A stretch of DNA of 64,000 nucleotides from an uncultured Methylomirabilota bacterium (GCA_963705305.1 OY970067.1:1760001-1824000), one strand, 5' to 3'; positions 29,987 through 39,933 are shown, counted from the first letter of the stretch. Notes: generated by a model not told the origin, from the sequence alone. Translations and numbers: made by a program.

Positions 29987-30980
29987 GGGCTTCCAGCGGC
30001 TTCTCGGGCGCCGGGGTCTGCTGCATGACCCGGCGGATCAGGTCGTCGGCGGTCATTCCCTCGGCCAGCGCCTCGTAGGTGAGGACGAGGCGGTGCCGGA
30101 AGACGTCGGCCACGAGGTCCGCCACATCCTCCGGCAGGGCATAGCTGCGCCCGCGCAAAGCGGCCAGGGCCCTCGCTCCCTCGATCAGATGGATGGGGGC
30201 CCGCGGGCTGGCGCCGAAGGAGAGGTATTTCGCCAGCTCCGCCAGGCCGTAGCGCTCCGGATTGCGGGTGGCCGCGGCCAGGCGCACCGCGTATTGCATG
30301 AGCGACGGCTCGACGTACACGCGGCGGCAGTCCCGCTGCAGCGCCCCCAGCTGCTCGGTCGTGGCCACCGCGGCGACGGCGGGTTCCGCCACCCCCGTGA
30401 CCCGGTCGACGATGACGAATTCCTCCTCCTCGCTCGGATAGCCCACCAGCACCTTCATCATGAAACGATCCACCTGCGCCTCGGGCAGCGGGTACGTGCC
30501 CTCGGTCTCGATGGGATTCTGCGTGGCCATCACGAGGAACGGCTCCGGGACCTTGTGCGTCTCTCCGGCGATCGTGACCTGGTGCTCCTGCATCACTTCC
30601 AGCAGCGCGCTCTGGACCTTGGCCGGCGCGCGGTTGATCTCGTCGGCCAGCAGGAGGTTGGTGAAGACGGGGCCGAGCGCGGTGGCGAAGTCGCCGGTCT
30701 TCTGGTTGTAGATCCGGGTCCCCACGATGTCCGCGGGGACGAGATCCGGCGTGAATTGGATGCGCCGGAACGAGCCGCGAATGGTTCGGGCCAGCGTCTT
30801 GATGGTCAAGGTCTTGGCCAGCCCGGGCACCCCCTCCACCAGCAGGTGCTCCTGCGCCATGGTGGCCACGAGCACGCGCTCCAGGAAGTGATCCTGGCCG
30901 ACGACGACCTTCTTGACCTCGTAGAGGATCTGCTCCATGAGGAACGAGCCGTGGCTGCGCTCTGTGTCGCTGGTCTCCAT
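29961..30980 (-). CDS. moxR: MoxR family AAA+ ATPase
   Basis: EGVPGLAKT, RIQFTPDL, DEINRAPAKVQSALLE, ATQNPIE, GASPR. Confidence 0.93.
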   Translation of the reverse strand: METSDTERSHGSFLMEQILYEVKKVVVGQDHFLERVLVATMAQEHLLVEGVPGLAKTLTIKTLARTIRGSFRRIQFTPDLVPADIVGTRIYNQKTGDFATALGPVFTNLLLADEINRAPAKVQSALLEVMQEHQVTIAGETHKVPEPFLVMATQNPIETEGTYPLPEAQVDRFMMKVLVGYPSEEEEFVIVDRVTGVAEPAVAAVATTEQLGALQRDCRRVYVEPSLMQYAVRLAAATRNPERYGLAELAKYLSFGASPRAPIHLIEGARALAALRGRSYALPEDVADLVADVFRHRLVLTYEALAEGMTADDLIRRVMQQTPAPEKPLEAHVRVAAGS

Positions 30981-31010
30981 ATGGCCTTTCCGGTGCCGAC
31001 GCCCTGCTAG

Positions 31011-31180
31011 CCCCATCCCGAAAACATCTCACCGCCAAGGGCGCCAAGGATAGCACGGTTGGAACGGGCGCGGAGTGCCCGGGGATTGGAACCGCCTCAA
31101 GTCCCCTGAAGGGGCGTTCCGGTGCCTTGAAGCAAAACCTCCGAACCTTGTTGGATGTTGGACCTTGGCGTCATGGCGGT
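31011..31180 (+). repeat. Repeat family A copy 2 (same ends, different interior)
   Basis: CCCCATCCCGAAAACATCTCACCGCCAAGGGCGCCAAGG ... CCTTGGCGTCATGGCGGT. Confidence 0.75.
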
Positions 31181-31186
31181 TCAATG

Positions 31187-32113
31187 TCAGAAGGGGTGGA
31201 TTCCCACGGCGGATGCCGCATTTTCGATGGGCACCGCGAATCCGATGCCGACGAATACGCGCTGCTGGTTGGGGTTCAGGATCGCGGTGACGATGCCCAC
31301 CACCGCCCCGTCGGTGGTCACCAGCGGCCCGCCGGAGCTGCCGGGATTGACGGCCGCGTCGAACTGGATGAGGTTCGTCAGCAGCCGCTGCCCCTCCGGC
31401 GACTGGAACTCGCGCCGCAAGCCGGACACCACGCCGGCCGTTGCGGAGGGGCCGATCCCGAACGGGAAGCCGACGGCGACCACCTCGTCGCCGGGGGCGA
31501 GGTCCGCGGTGGAGCGCAGGGTCGCCGGGGCGAGGTCGTCTGGAATCGTCGCCGCCTGGAGCACCGCCAGGTCGTTCTCCGGCTGTACCCCGACGACCGT
31601 GGCATCCGACTCCAGCCCGTCGAAGAACGCCACCTCCACCCGCTGGGCCGCCGCCACGACGTGCAGGCTGGTGAGGATGATTCCCTTGTCGACGATGACG
31701 ACCCCGCTGCCGACCGCCGTCTCAACGTCTTCATCCTTGTGGCTGCCGGCATGCCCCATGGCGCGCACGCGCACGACGGAAGGCCGAATGATCTCGTACG
31801 CCCGCGCCGCGGCCGACGGCAGCCGCGCGGTCTCCAGGGTGTGCAGCACGGCGGCGTCGATGTCCCCCTGGGTGATCTGGGGCGGCCCAGGGTGCGTCGC
31901 GCCAGCCAGCCACACGACGAGCAGGACGACCAGTCCGCCGGCTGCCACCAGGAAGAGGCGCTCGCGATGCCTGAGGAATGCCAGCACCGGGCGGGGAGAC
32001 CATCGGCTGCGGGAAGGAGCTGAAGGCGTGTCGGTCGGCTGGGCAGCCTGCCCGACCAGGCGGCGCACCGGCTGCGATCGGCCGGAGCTGCTGTACAGCG
32101 TTTCCCTTCTCAT
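31187..32113 (-). CDS. Membrane-anchored trypsin-like (S1C/HtrA-like) serine protease without PDZ
   Basis: TSLHVV, NDLAVL, NPGSSGGPL catalytic triad motifs. Confidence 0.88.
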   Translation of the reverse strand: MRRETLYSSSGRSQPVRRLVGQAAQPTDTPSAPSRSRWSPRPVLAFLRHRERLFLVAAGGLVVLLVVWLAGATHPGPPQITQGDIDAAVLHTLETARLPSAAARAYEIIRPSVVRVRAMGHAGSHKDEDVETAVGSGVVIVDKGIILTSLHVVAAAQRVEVAFFDGLESDATVVGVQPENDLAVLQAATIPDDLAPATLRSTADLAPGDEVVAVGFPFGIGPSATAGVVSGLRREFQSPEGQRLLTNLIQFDAAVNPGSSGGPLVTTDGAVVGIVTAILNPNQQRVFVGIGFAVPIENAASAVGIHPF

Positions 32114-32391
32114 GTCATGCGAGGCTCGTACAACTCACCCGCCGCGGCCTGTCACCCTGGTGGGGGACGACGCCTCCGGCCGGGGCGGGCTGAGGCCCAT
32201 CCTTCCCTGCGCCGACCGCGTCGGCCGGAGCCGCGCGCGCATCGGCCGTGGATCCGGACAGGTGGTGGGATGGGAGGAGTCGGGGGGAGTATCCGGTGCT
32301 ACGGTGAGGGCGTCAAGGGGAAACATGGCGAGCCGCCGGCGTGCTCCCGCCGGCCCTCCCTGCCAGGGCGCGACCGGCGCGCGCTTTACGG

Positions 32392-32817
32392 CTACCCCGC
32401 CAGAAGGGGGGCCGAGCGGCGGTGCGCCACCGCCTGGCAGGCGGCGATGACCTCGCCGGCCTCCGTCCGGACGGTGAGCGCGTAGAATCCGGCCCGGCGG
32501 CCCTGGCGCACTTCCTGCGCCTCGGCCACCAGGCGAGCGCCCAGCGGGGCGGGCGCCAGGAACTGAATCGTCACGGAGAGGGCCAGGGCCGCCTGCCCGT
32601 GGGCGTTCGACGCCGCGCCAAAGGCGGCATCCGCCAGGCTGAACACGACGCCGCCGTGGGGGACGCCGTGGAAGTTCAGCATGGCGGGCGTCACCCGCAG
32701 GCAGGCGCGGGCATACCCCGGCCGGATCTCCTCGAACTCAATGCCCATCCACCGGGCGAAGGGATCCTGCCGGATTTTCGCCGCCGGACCGGCAGCCTCT
32801 GCATCCATTGAATCCAT
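32392..32817 (-). CDS. PaaI family hotdog thioesterase
   Basis: DPFARWMGI, LNFHGVPHGGVVFSLAD. Confidence 0.9.
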   Translation of the reverse strand: MDSMDAEAAGPAAKIRQDPFARWMGIEFEEIRPGYARACLRVTPAMLNFHGVPHGGVVFSLADAAFGAASNAHGQAALALSVTIQFLAPAPLGARLVAEAQEVRQGRRAGFYALTVRTEAGEVIAACQAVAHRRSAPLLAG

Positions 32818-32847
32818 GCAACACCTCGTGGGGAGCTCTTCCACGAC

Positions 32848-33864
32848 TCAGAACTCCACCACGGCCTTGACCACTCCGCGCTCCGGATTCAGCCAGCCCG
32901 AAAACTCCTCCACCATCCGGTCGGCCGGCGCGCGGTGGGTGATCCAGGGGGCCAGATCGATCCTCCCCTGCTCCACCGCCTGCAGCGCCCAGGCGAAATC
33001 CTGGGCGGTGGCGTTGCGGCTGCGCAGCAGGGTGAGCTCGCGCCGGTGCAGCTCGGGATCGCGGAAGGTCAGGTCCGCCTGGACGAGGGACACGTAGACG
33101 AGCTTCCCGCCGTTGGCCACGTACTGGACCGCCTGCACCATGGACGCGGGACTCCCGGTGGCGTCGAAGACGGTCGTGGGCAGGTCCCCTCCGAGCAGGG
33201 ACTCCAGCGCCGCCGCCGCCGCCGTCCCCCCGGGCAGGCAGGTCTCCACCCCCAGATGCTTCCGGCAGAATTCGCGCCGCCACTCGCTGATCTCCAGGAC
33301 CAGCACCCGGGCTCCCACCAGCTGGGCGAACCGGATGGTGGAGAGGCCGATCGGCCCCGCCCCGATCACCAGGACGTTCTCCGCCGGCTCCAGCTGGGCG
33401 CGGCGGACGGCATGGGCCCCGATGGTGAGCATCTCCACCAGGGCCAGCTGGTCCAGCGAGAGGCGCACCGAGCGATGCAGCTTGGCCGCGGGCACCCGCA
33501 GCAGCTCCTGCATCCCGCCGTCCTTGTGCACCCCCAGGACTTCCAGGCGCACGCAGCAGTTGGGCTTCCCGCGGCGGCAGGCGATGCAGCGGCCGCAGTT
33601 CAAATAGGGCTCCACCGCGCACCGGTCCCCGGCCGCCAGTCCGGCGTCGTTCGTCCCCATCTCCACGATCTCAACACCCAGCTCGTGGCCGACCACGCGC
33701 GGATACGTGAAGAAGGGCTGGTTGCCCTTGAAGGCGTGCATGTCGCTGCCGCACACGCCCACGCGGCGCACGCGCACCAGCGCCTCCCCCGCGGCCAGGC
33801 CCCGGGGAGGGGGGGCATCGGTCAGCCGGAAGCGTCCCGGCTCTTCCAGCACGATCGTTTTCAT
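32848..33864 (-). CDS. Zinc-binding dehydrogenase (L-galactonate dehydrogenase YjjN/LgoD-like)
   Basis: CGSD.HAF.GNQPFF.YPRV.GHE, C..C..C...C, VH.DGGM, SRNAT. Confidence 0.85.
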   Translation of the reverse strand: MKTIVLEEPGRFRLTDAPPPRGLAAGEALVRVRRVGVCGSDMHAFKGNQPFFTYPRVVGHELGVEIVEMGTNDAGLAAGDRCAVEPYLNCGRCIACRRGKPNCCVRLEVLGVHKDGGMQELLRVPAAKLHRSVRLSLDQLALVEMLTIGAHAVRRAQLEPAENVLVIGAGPIGLSTIRFAQLVGARVLVLEISEWRREFCRKHLGVETCLPGGTAAAAALESLLGGDLPTTVFDATGSPASMVQAVQYVANGGKLVYVSLVQADLTFRDPELHRRELTLLRSRNATAQDFAWALQAVEQGRIDLAPWITHRAPADRMVEEFSGWLNPERGVVKAVVEF

Positions 33865-34005
33865 GGGCAGTCCTTCGAAAATATGGGCAGGCCCCTGCCT
33901 GCATCCTCCCGGATTCAGCGCCCCCACGATCCCACCGCCGGCCGGATCTCTACGCACGGGCGCGGGGCCGGGAGGCCCCGCCGCGGGGTGCGGATGCCGA
34001 TACGC

Positions 34006-34317
34006 CTAGCGCGACGACAACCGCTCGCGCTCGCGCTCCAAGGCTTCCTTCCCCGCCTGGACGGCGGCCGAGAGAATCGTCTTCTTCTCCTCGTAGACCT
34101 CCCGTCCCCGCTCCAAGGCATCCTCGGCCTTATCCCGAATCTCATCGGAGAAATCGATGGTCTTGTCGCGCACGTCGGCAGCCAAGTCCCGCAACCGCTC
34201 CCGCGTCCGTCGTCCGGACTCGGGGGCGTACAGAAATGCCAGACAGGCCCCCAGCGCTCCGCCCAGGATGAAGCCCAACGCGACCGCCGCACCGGAATAG
34301 CCGCGCTCCTCACTCAT
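34006..34317 (-). CDS. YtxH domain protein
   Basis: GFILGGALGACLAFLYAPESGRRTRE. Confidence 0.88.
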   Translation of the reverse strand: MSEERGYSGAAVALGFILGGALGACLAFLYAPESGRRTRERLRDLAADVRDKTIDFSDEIRDKAEDALERGREVYEEKKTILSAAVQAGKEALERERERLSSR

Positions 34318-34723
34318 GGTCTTTCCCTCCTTTGTGCCGCCCCTTCTGCATATGCCACAGCGCCTTGGCGCCGGCCCGCAGGCCGGCGATGAGGCTGGCC
34401 ACCGGAATCATCCTGGAGCCGAAGACGCTGCGGAGGACACCGGTGGTCACCCGGATGTTCTCCCCGGCCTCTTCCAAGGCCGTCAAGGGCCGCTGCAGCC
34501 GCGCCGTGGCGTCGGAGACGCCGCGGGCGACCTGGCCCAGATTGCGGACGGCTTCTCGCGCCTCCAGGATAGCCGGCTTGAGCTCCATCTCCAGGGACCG
34601 GATGAACTCCTGCAGCCGCCACGAGACGTGCCGGAGCTCCAGCATGACCAGGATCAGCAACAGCGTCCAGAGCACGCTCACCGCGGCCAGAACCACCAGG
34701 GCAGCGGAGCCGAGGTTGCTCAT
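34310..34723 (-). CDS. DUF948 (YtxG/YoxC-like) membrane protein
   Basis: N-terminal TM plus coiled coil; overlaps the ytxH-like gene. Confidence 0.7.
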   Translation of the reverse strand: MSNLGSAALVVLAAVSVLWTLLLILVMLELRHVSWRLQEFIRSLEMELKPAILEAREAVRNLGQVARGVSDATARLQRPLTALEEAGENIRVTTGVLRSVFGSRMIPVASLIAGLRAGAKALWHMQKGRHKGGKDHE

Positions 34724-34794
34724 CGTCGCACCACCCCTTCCTCTCGAAGCCCGGCCGCGCCCGCCTCCGGCGGCAGGCCCAGCCGGCCACAGCC

Positions 34795-35433
34795 TCACGC
34801 GCGCTTACGAAGTTCGCTCAGGCGATCGAACAGCTTCATCAGCTCCGCCAGCGGCTGGCCCCGCCGCAGCCGGCGCTCGACGGCCGCCTCGTTCCGGAGG
34901 ATCGTCAGGGCGCGGGCCGTCACCTCGCGGAGCCGCGCGCCGCTGAAGACGACCACGCCATCCTCGTCCCCGTGGACGATGTCCCCCGGCTGGACTGATG
35001 CGCCGCCGCAGATGATGGGAACTTGCGTCTCGACCAGCCGCTCCGCCGTGCCAATGCGCGGCGTGGCCGCTCGCGCGAAGACCGGCAGGCCGGTGGCGTC
35101 CAACTCTCGCAGGTCCCGCACGGCCCCATCCACGACGAAGCCGCGCACCCCCTTTCGCCGGGCCTCGATGGCCATGAGGTTGCCGACCAGCGCCGCCTCC
35201 AGCATTCCCCCGCCGTCCACCACTAGCACCTCGCCCTCGCGGGCCTCGGCCAGGGATTTCAGGAGGCTGAGGTTGTCGCCGGGGAAGCAGCGAACCGTAT
35301 GGGCCACGCCGATCAGGCGCGCTGCCGAGGTCATCGGCTTGATGGCGGACACCATGGTGCCCAATCGGCCCAGGGCATCCGACAGCACCGCGGTCGGGAT
35401 GCGGGCGACGCGACGGATCGGATCACGGGCCAT
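34795..35433 (-). CDS. RraA / HMG aldolase family protein
   Basis: TAVLSDAL, GDNL, VVDGAVRD, PGDIVHGDEDGVVV. Confidence 0.9.
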   Translation of the reverse strand: MARDPIRRVARIPTAVLSDALGRLGTMVSAIKPMTSAARLIGVAHTVRCFPGDNLSLLKSLAEAREGEVLVVDGGGMLEAALVGNLMAIEARRKGVRGFVVDGAVRDLRELDATGLPVFARAATPRIGTAERLVETQVPIICGGASVQPGDIVHGDEDGVVVFSGARLREVTARALTILRNEAAVERRLRRGQPLAELMKLFDRLSELRKRA

Positions 35434-35535
35434 CGTCTGCCTCCGCCCCCTCGGAATTCCCGGCCAATGACAGCCCGCGGCCCGGGCGGCGCGCACCCGC
35501 CGTCCGAGATCGCCCCCCGGGCCGGCAGCGACCGC

Positions 35536-36327
35536 TCACGGCAGAATGGCAAACACGCGCGCCGGCGCGCACTCCGCCTCGACGCGAACCGGGGCCACCA
35601 CCAGCTTGGCCCCCTTGGCCGGCAGACGCTCCAAGTTGGTCAAGTTCTCCAGCACCCACACACCGGCCGGACCGGGGACGATCGTCCCGCCATCCGGGCC
35701 GGCGGGCTCCCGGGGAACGAACGCGTCCAGACCGAGTCCGCGGACCTCGCGCTGCGCTGCCAGGAACGCCGCGCTCTCGGGAGAGAAGCCCGGCACCTCG
35801 GGACTGCCCTGGGAGTCCCGGTTGAGGTAACGGGTCGGGTTGATCCAGACCCGGTCCCACCCGGTCCGCAGGAGGACCGCACTCTGCCCGGGGATGCGTC
35901 CGTTGCTGCGCTCCCACGCGTTCAGATCGCCGATGGTGAGGCGATAGCCGGCGGTTTCTGCCACTCGGGCCGAGATATCCACCACCACAGCCCGCACCAG
36001 CAGATCGCGAACGGGGATGCTCGCCACGCTCATGCGGACGCGCCGCGCATCCTCCAGCACCGTCATTCGGGTACCAAAATCGTCTAGGCAGGAGGCGGGC
36101 GGGGCCGCGCTGCCGGTCTCCGCCACGGCCTCGCCGTCCTCGGGCCGGTGTCGCGGCGCATTGGCGGCGGAAGGCGCGGCCGCTGTGCGGTGGCTCAGAT
36201 CGACGATCGTCGACTTGCCCAGCATGGCCCGCTCGAGGGCCCCTGCCCACACGATGGCCGGCAGCAAGAGGAGCCAGGCCGCCACCAGGGCTGCCGGCAC
36301 ACCCATCCATCCGCGCCAACGATGCAT
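35536..36327 (-). CDS. Exported cyclase-family homolog lacking the metal-binding motif
   Basis: Signal peptide, IVDLSH, VLLRTGW, PGFS, GLGLD, LENLTNL..LP; HxGTHxDxPxH replaced by DFGTRMTVLED. Confidence 0.75.
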   Translation of the reverse strand: MHRWRGWMGVPAALVAAWLLLLPAIVWAGALERAMLGKSTIVDLSHRTAAAPSAANAPRHRPEDGEAVAETGSAAPPASCLDDFGTRMTVLEDARRVRMSVASIPVRDLLVRAVVVDISARVAETAGYRLTIGDLNAWERSNGRIPGQSAVLLRTGWDRVWINPTRYLNRDSQGSPEVPGFSPESAAFLAAQREVRGLGLDAFVPREPAGPDGGTIVPGPAGVWVLENLTNLERLPAKGAKLVVAPVRVEAECAPARVFAILP

Positions 36328-36631
36328 GTATGCCGCCTTGAACAAAAAATCAGGGCTCAAGCCCTGACTCCCCCATTGTCCCCTGCTTCGACCCCCCGGT
36401 ATCGCCTCTGCGGGGTACCTTTTTTGGACCATATCACACGCTTAAGTGCCTGTCAATGCAGAGGCGATCGGCCTGGTCTCTGCCGGACCATCCGGACCGC
36501 CCCAAACGATCAGGAACAGGGAGGGCGGCGGAGGCCTGGGGTCGCCCGCGGACGGATTGACGACGCCGTTCCCGTCGGCTAAGCTCGGCTCAGCTTTGAT
36601 GGATTCGCTATCACCCAAGGAGGCACCCGCC

Positions 36632-36790
36632 ATGGAAGACAAGGAGGAAGAGACGCAGCCCGTCCACGATTACCGCTTCTGTCCCTACTGCTACCAGCAC
36701 CAGGTCGACCTGGTCGGGGTCCGCGGCGAGACCGCCTACTGTGAGATCTGTGGAATCGACATCGACGTGAAGGAGTGGGTGAAGTACTGA
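36632..36790 (+). CDS. Small zinc-ribbon protein (52 aa)
   Basis: AAGGAGG RBS; FCPYC...YCEICG. Confidence 0.75.
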   Translation: MEDKEEETQPVHDYRFCPYCYQHQVDLVGVRGETAYCEICGIDIDVKEWVKY

Positions 36791-37137
36791 TCCCCCACGC
36801 CCCGGCGACCCCTTCCCGGTCTCGCTGGATTCTCGCGCCGGCTCCCGGCCGGTAACGTCGCCGGATGGTCGATCTCCCTGGGCGCCGACCGACCCGGCTC
36901 CGCTTCCCCCCTTTCGCCAACTCTGCAAGGACCCGAACCTGACCTTTTGGCGAGGCTGCGGACCGAGGACTGTCCCGCTCCTGTATCGGTGAAACCTATT
37001 TGATCCATCCGCGTTGCTGTGGTATCCATGACACGGCTCTCGTTCCCCGCACCCGCGGGGGAGCCGGCTATGCCGAGCGCGGCACTCGCAGGGAAGAGCG
37101 GGCACGGACGGCAACGGGAGCGAATGCGAGGAGACCC

Positions 37138-38220
37138 ATGCCTTCCACCGACGAGCGCCTGGCCCGATCGGGCAGAGACATCCGACTCACCGAGTACGCG
37201 TCCTGCGCGGGCTGAGCGTCCAAGATGGGTCCGGCGGACCTGCACGAGGTACTGGAGGGACTGACCGCGCCCGGCCACCCCGATCTCCTGGTGGGCCTGG
37301 AGCGGAGCGACGACGCCGCCGTGTACCGCCTGAACGCGGAACAGGCCGTCATCCAGACGGTGGATTTCTTCCCGCCCATCGTGGACGATCCGTACACCTA
37401 CGGAGCCGTGGCGGCCGCCAACTCTATGAGCAACGTCTATGCCATGGGCGGCAGGGTCCTGCTGGCGCTGAATGTGGCGGGGTTCCCGCGGGAGTTTCCC
37501 CGCTCCGCCATCAGCCGGATTTTCCAGGGGGGCGCCGACAAGGTGGCGGAGGCGGGGGCGGTCGTCGCCGGGGGCCACACGGTGGTGGACAAGGAGCCGA
37601 AGTACGGCCTCTGCGTCACCGGGCTGGTGCACCCCGCGCGGATCATGATCAAAGGCGGCCTCCGGCCGGGTCACCGCATCTTCCTCAGCAAGCCGTTGGG
37701 CACCGGCGTGATCACCACGGCCGCCAAGGGCGGCCGGGCGGAGACGGTCCACATCGACGGGGCCGTTCAAAGTATGAGCCGGCTGAACCGCGGCGCCGCC
37801 GACCTCCTCCAGACCCTGGAGGTCCTGGGATGCACCGATGTCACCGGCTTCGGCCTCCTCGGACACGGGCATGAGATGATCCAGGCCAGCCGCTGCGGCA
37901 TGCGCATCCGGGCGGAGGCGGTTCCGCTGCTGCCCGGGGCCCGGCGGTATGCCGCCAAAGGCTGCTTTGCCGGCGGACTGGGCCGCAACCGGTCGTTCCT
38001 GGAGGACTGCGCACGGGCAGGCCGTCTCACGCTCCACATCGAGCCCGCCGTCCCTCAGGAGCTGGCGGATCTTCTGTTCGATTCCGAAACCTCGGGCGGA
38101 CTCCTCTTCTCCATTCCTGACGAGCTGGCCGGGCACCTTGTGGAGCACTTCCGGACCGCGGGCGAGGCGGTCTGGGAGATCGGAGAGGTCATCCCGGAGA
38201 TGGCCATCCAGATCGTCTGA
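37138..38220 (+). CDS. selD: Selenide, water dikinase with selenocysteine (TGA 37213-37215)
   Basis: IRLTEYASCAG-U-ASKM in frame with DDAAVY, TVDFFPPIVDDPY, GGHT, TDVTGFGLLGH, ETSGGLL; GAGGAG RBS. Confidence 0.95.
37227..37241 (+). promoter_or_regulatory. Candidate SECIS hairpin of selD
   Basis: GGGTCC-GGC-GGACCT stem-loop starting 11 nt after UGA. Confidence 0.65.
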
Positions 38221-38279
38221 TCCCCGGCGGTCGGCCGGCCATTTCCCGCCGTCCCGCAGACCTTCCCGGTACACTCCCA

Positions 38280-38312
38280 CTCCCCGAGGCCGGGCGCCTT
38301 GGCCTCGGGGAG
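38280..38312 (+). terminator. Hairpin downstream of selD
   Basis: CTCCCCGAGGCC / GGCCTCGGGGAG 12-bp perfect stem; no clear U tract. Confidence 0.5.
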
Positions 38313-38323
38313 CCCCGCGAACG

Positions 38324-39843
38324 CCCTAATCTCCGGCTAAGAAGTTGAGGGGGATCGCGAATCACGCAGCGGCCCGCAGTGCGCGCGGCCCGCGGGGTTG
38401 GCATCGGCCTTGCTTGGTTTCACCCAGTGGGTGCAAACACCACAAGGAGGAGAGCGATGCCCGACACCTCGCCCCGGTTGCCGTTCGAGATCGATGACGC
38501 GATCGACCCCACGCTGGTCACGGGCCGGGCCGGGGTCCCGCTCGTGATCGAGCTGTTCCGCCAGCTCGGGGTGGCCCAGGCCGTCGACACCCACGTTGCG
38601 GTCAAGCAGCGGCAGCGCGGATTACCCCCCTCGCAGCTCGTGGAGAGTCTCGTCGCGTTGTGGACGAGCGGCGGGGACCGCTGCCAGGACCTCACGACGC
38701 TCCGGGAGGATCAGGCCCTGGCCACGCTGCTCGGCTACCCCCTGCCGGCCGCGACCACGGTCCGGGACTTCCTCGAGGCCTTCCACGTGGAGGACGGGCC
38801 GCTCTGGGTGGCCGGGCCCGCGGCCACGGTCCCCCTGGAGTCCGCCCCCTTGGCGGGCCTCGGACAGGCGAACCGGACGCTGGTCGCGGGCGTCCAGCGC
38901 GGGGCCCGGGCGGCGACGGCCACCCTGGATGTGGACGCGACGCTCGTCGAGAGCCACAAGGACGCGGCGACCGTGGCCTACGACGGGACCCGGGGCTACC
39001 AGCCCGTCGTGGTCCTCTGGGCCGAGCACGATGTCATCGTGCACGACCAGTTCCGCGATGGCCAGGTGCCCGCCGGGTGCGGCAACGTGCGCGTCCTCGA
39101 ACAGGCGGTGGCCAACTTGCCCCAGGGCGTGGACCGCATCTCCCTGCGGGCCGACAGCGCCCTCTACGAGACGGAGGTCCTCCGCTGGTGCGAGGAGAAG
39201 AAAATCGCCTACGCGATTAGCGCCGATATGTCCGCGCAGCTCCAGGCCGAGATCCGGCGCCTCCCCGCGGCCGCCTGGCAGCTCGAGCGGGAGGAGCCCG
39301 AGGCGATCCGGGCCTGGGCCGAAGTCCCCTACGTCCCCGAGGATGGCGATCACCGGAAGGCGCGGCCGTGCGTTCGCCGCTACCTCGCGGTGCGTATCCA
39401 GCGACGCCAGGGGAGCCTCTTCGCCGACGGGAGTAGCGTGCAGTACTTCGCCGTGGTCACCAATCGGCCGGAGGATGGGCTCACGATCCTCCGGTGGCAC
39501 CGGGAGAAAGCAGGGACCATCGAGCACACCCATCACGTCCTCAAGACCGAGCTGGCGGCCGCCGCGCTGCCCAGTGGGAAGTTCGGGGCGAACGCCGCCT
39601 GGTTCCGGCTGAACGTGCTCACCTACAACCTGCTCACCGCGCTCAAGCGGTTGACCTTACCCGGAGATCTCCGGACCGCCCGGCCGAAGCGTCTCCGGTT
39701 CCTGCTGTTCAACACCGTCGGGAAGGTCGTCGCGCATGCCCGACGGACGCTCTTGCGGCTCTCGGGCGCCCTGCAGCACGCCTTGCTCGTCCGGGCGCGG
39801 CGCAAGATCGCCCGGCTGGCCACCGCTTAGCCGGAGATTAGGG
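38324..39843 (+). mobile_element. Complete IS1380-family insertion sequence (1520 bp)
   Basis: Perfect 18-bp TIR CCCTAATCTCCGGCTAAG; 5-bp TSD GAACG at 38319-38323 and 39844-39848. Confidence 0.93.
38457..39830 (+). CDS. IS1380 family DDE transposase
   Basis: TLDVDAT, GYQP, FRDG.VPA, LRADSA, IEH....LK, KFGANAAW, LRF.LF; stop codon lies within the right TIR. Confidence 0.92.
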   Translation: MPDTSPRLPFEIDDAIDPTLVTGRAGVPLVIELFRQLGVAQAVDTHVAVKQRQRGLPPSQLVESLVALWTSGGDRCQDLTTLREDQALATLLGYPLPAATTVRDFLEAFHVEDGPLWVAGPAATVPLESAPLAGLGQANRTLVAGVQRGARAATATLDVDATLVESHKDAATVAYDGTRGYQPVVVLWAEHDVIVHDQFRDGQVPAGCGNVRVLEQAVANLPQGVDRISLRADSALYETEVLRWCEEKKIAYAISADMSAQLQAEIRRLPAAAWQLEREEPEAIRAWAEVPYVPEDGDHRKARPCVRRYLAVRIQRRQGSLFADGSSVQYFAVVTNRPEDGLTILRWHREKAGTIEHTHHVLKTELAAAALPSGKFGANAAWFRLNVLTYNLLTALKRLTLPGDLRTARPKRLRFLLFNTVGKVVAHARRTLLRLSGALQHALLVRARRKIARLATA

Positions 39844-39933
39844 GAACGCCTCCGGTCTTTCCATTGCTGCTCTTCTGGAGTACACTACGGCGGTTCGGCC
39901 CTACACACTCACACGCCGACCGGGTGACGAAGC

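Noticed and set aside
37225..38220. Track start for selD at 37225, or calling selD a pseudogene
   Set aside because: That start omits the catalytic Sec/Lys motif; the upstream RBS, in-frame TGA and hairpin support read-through
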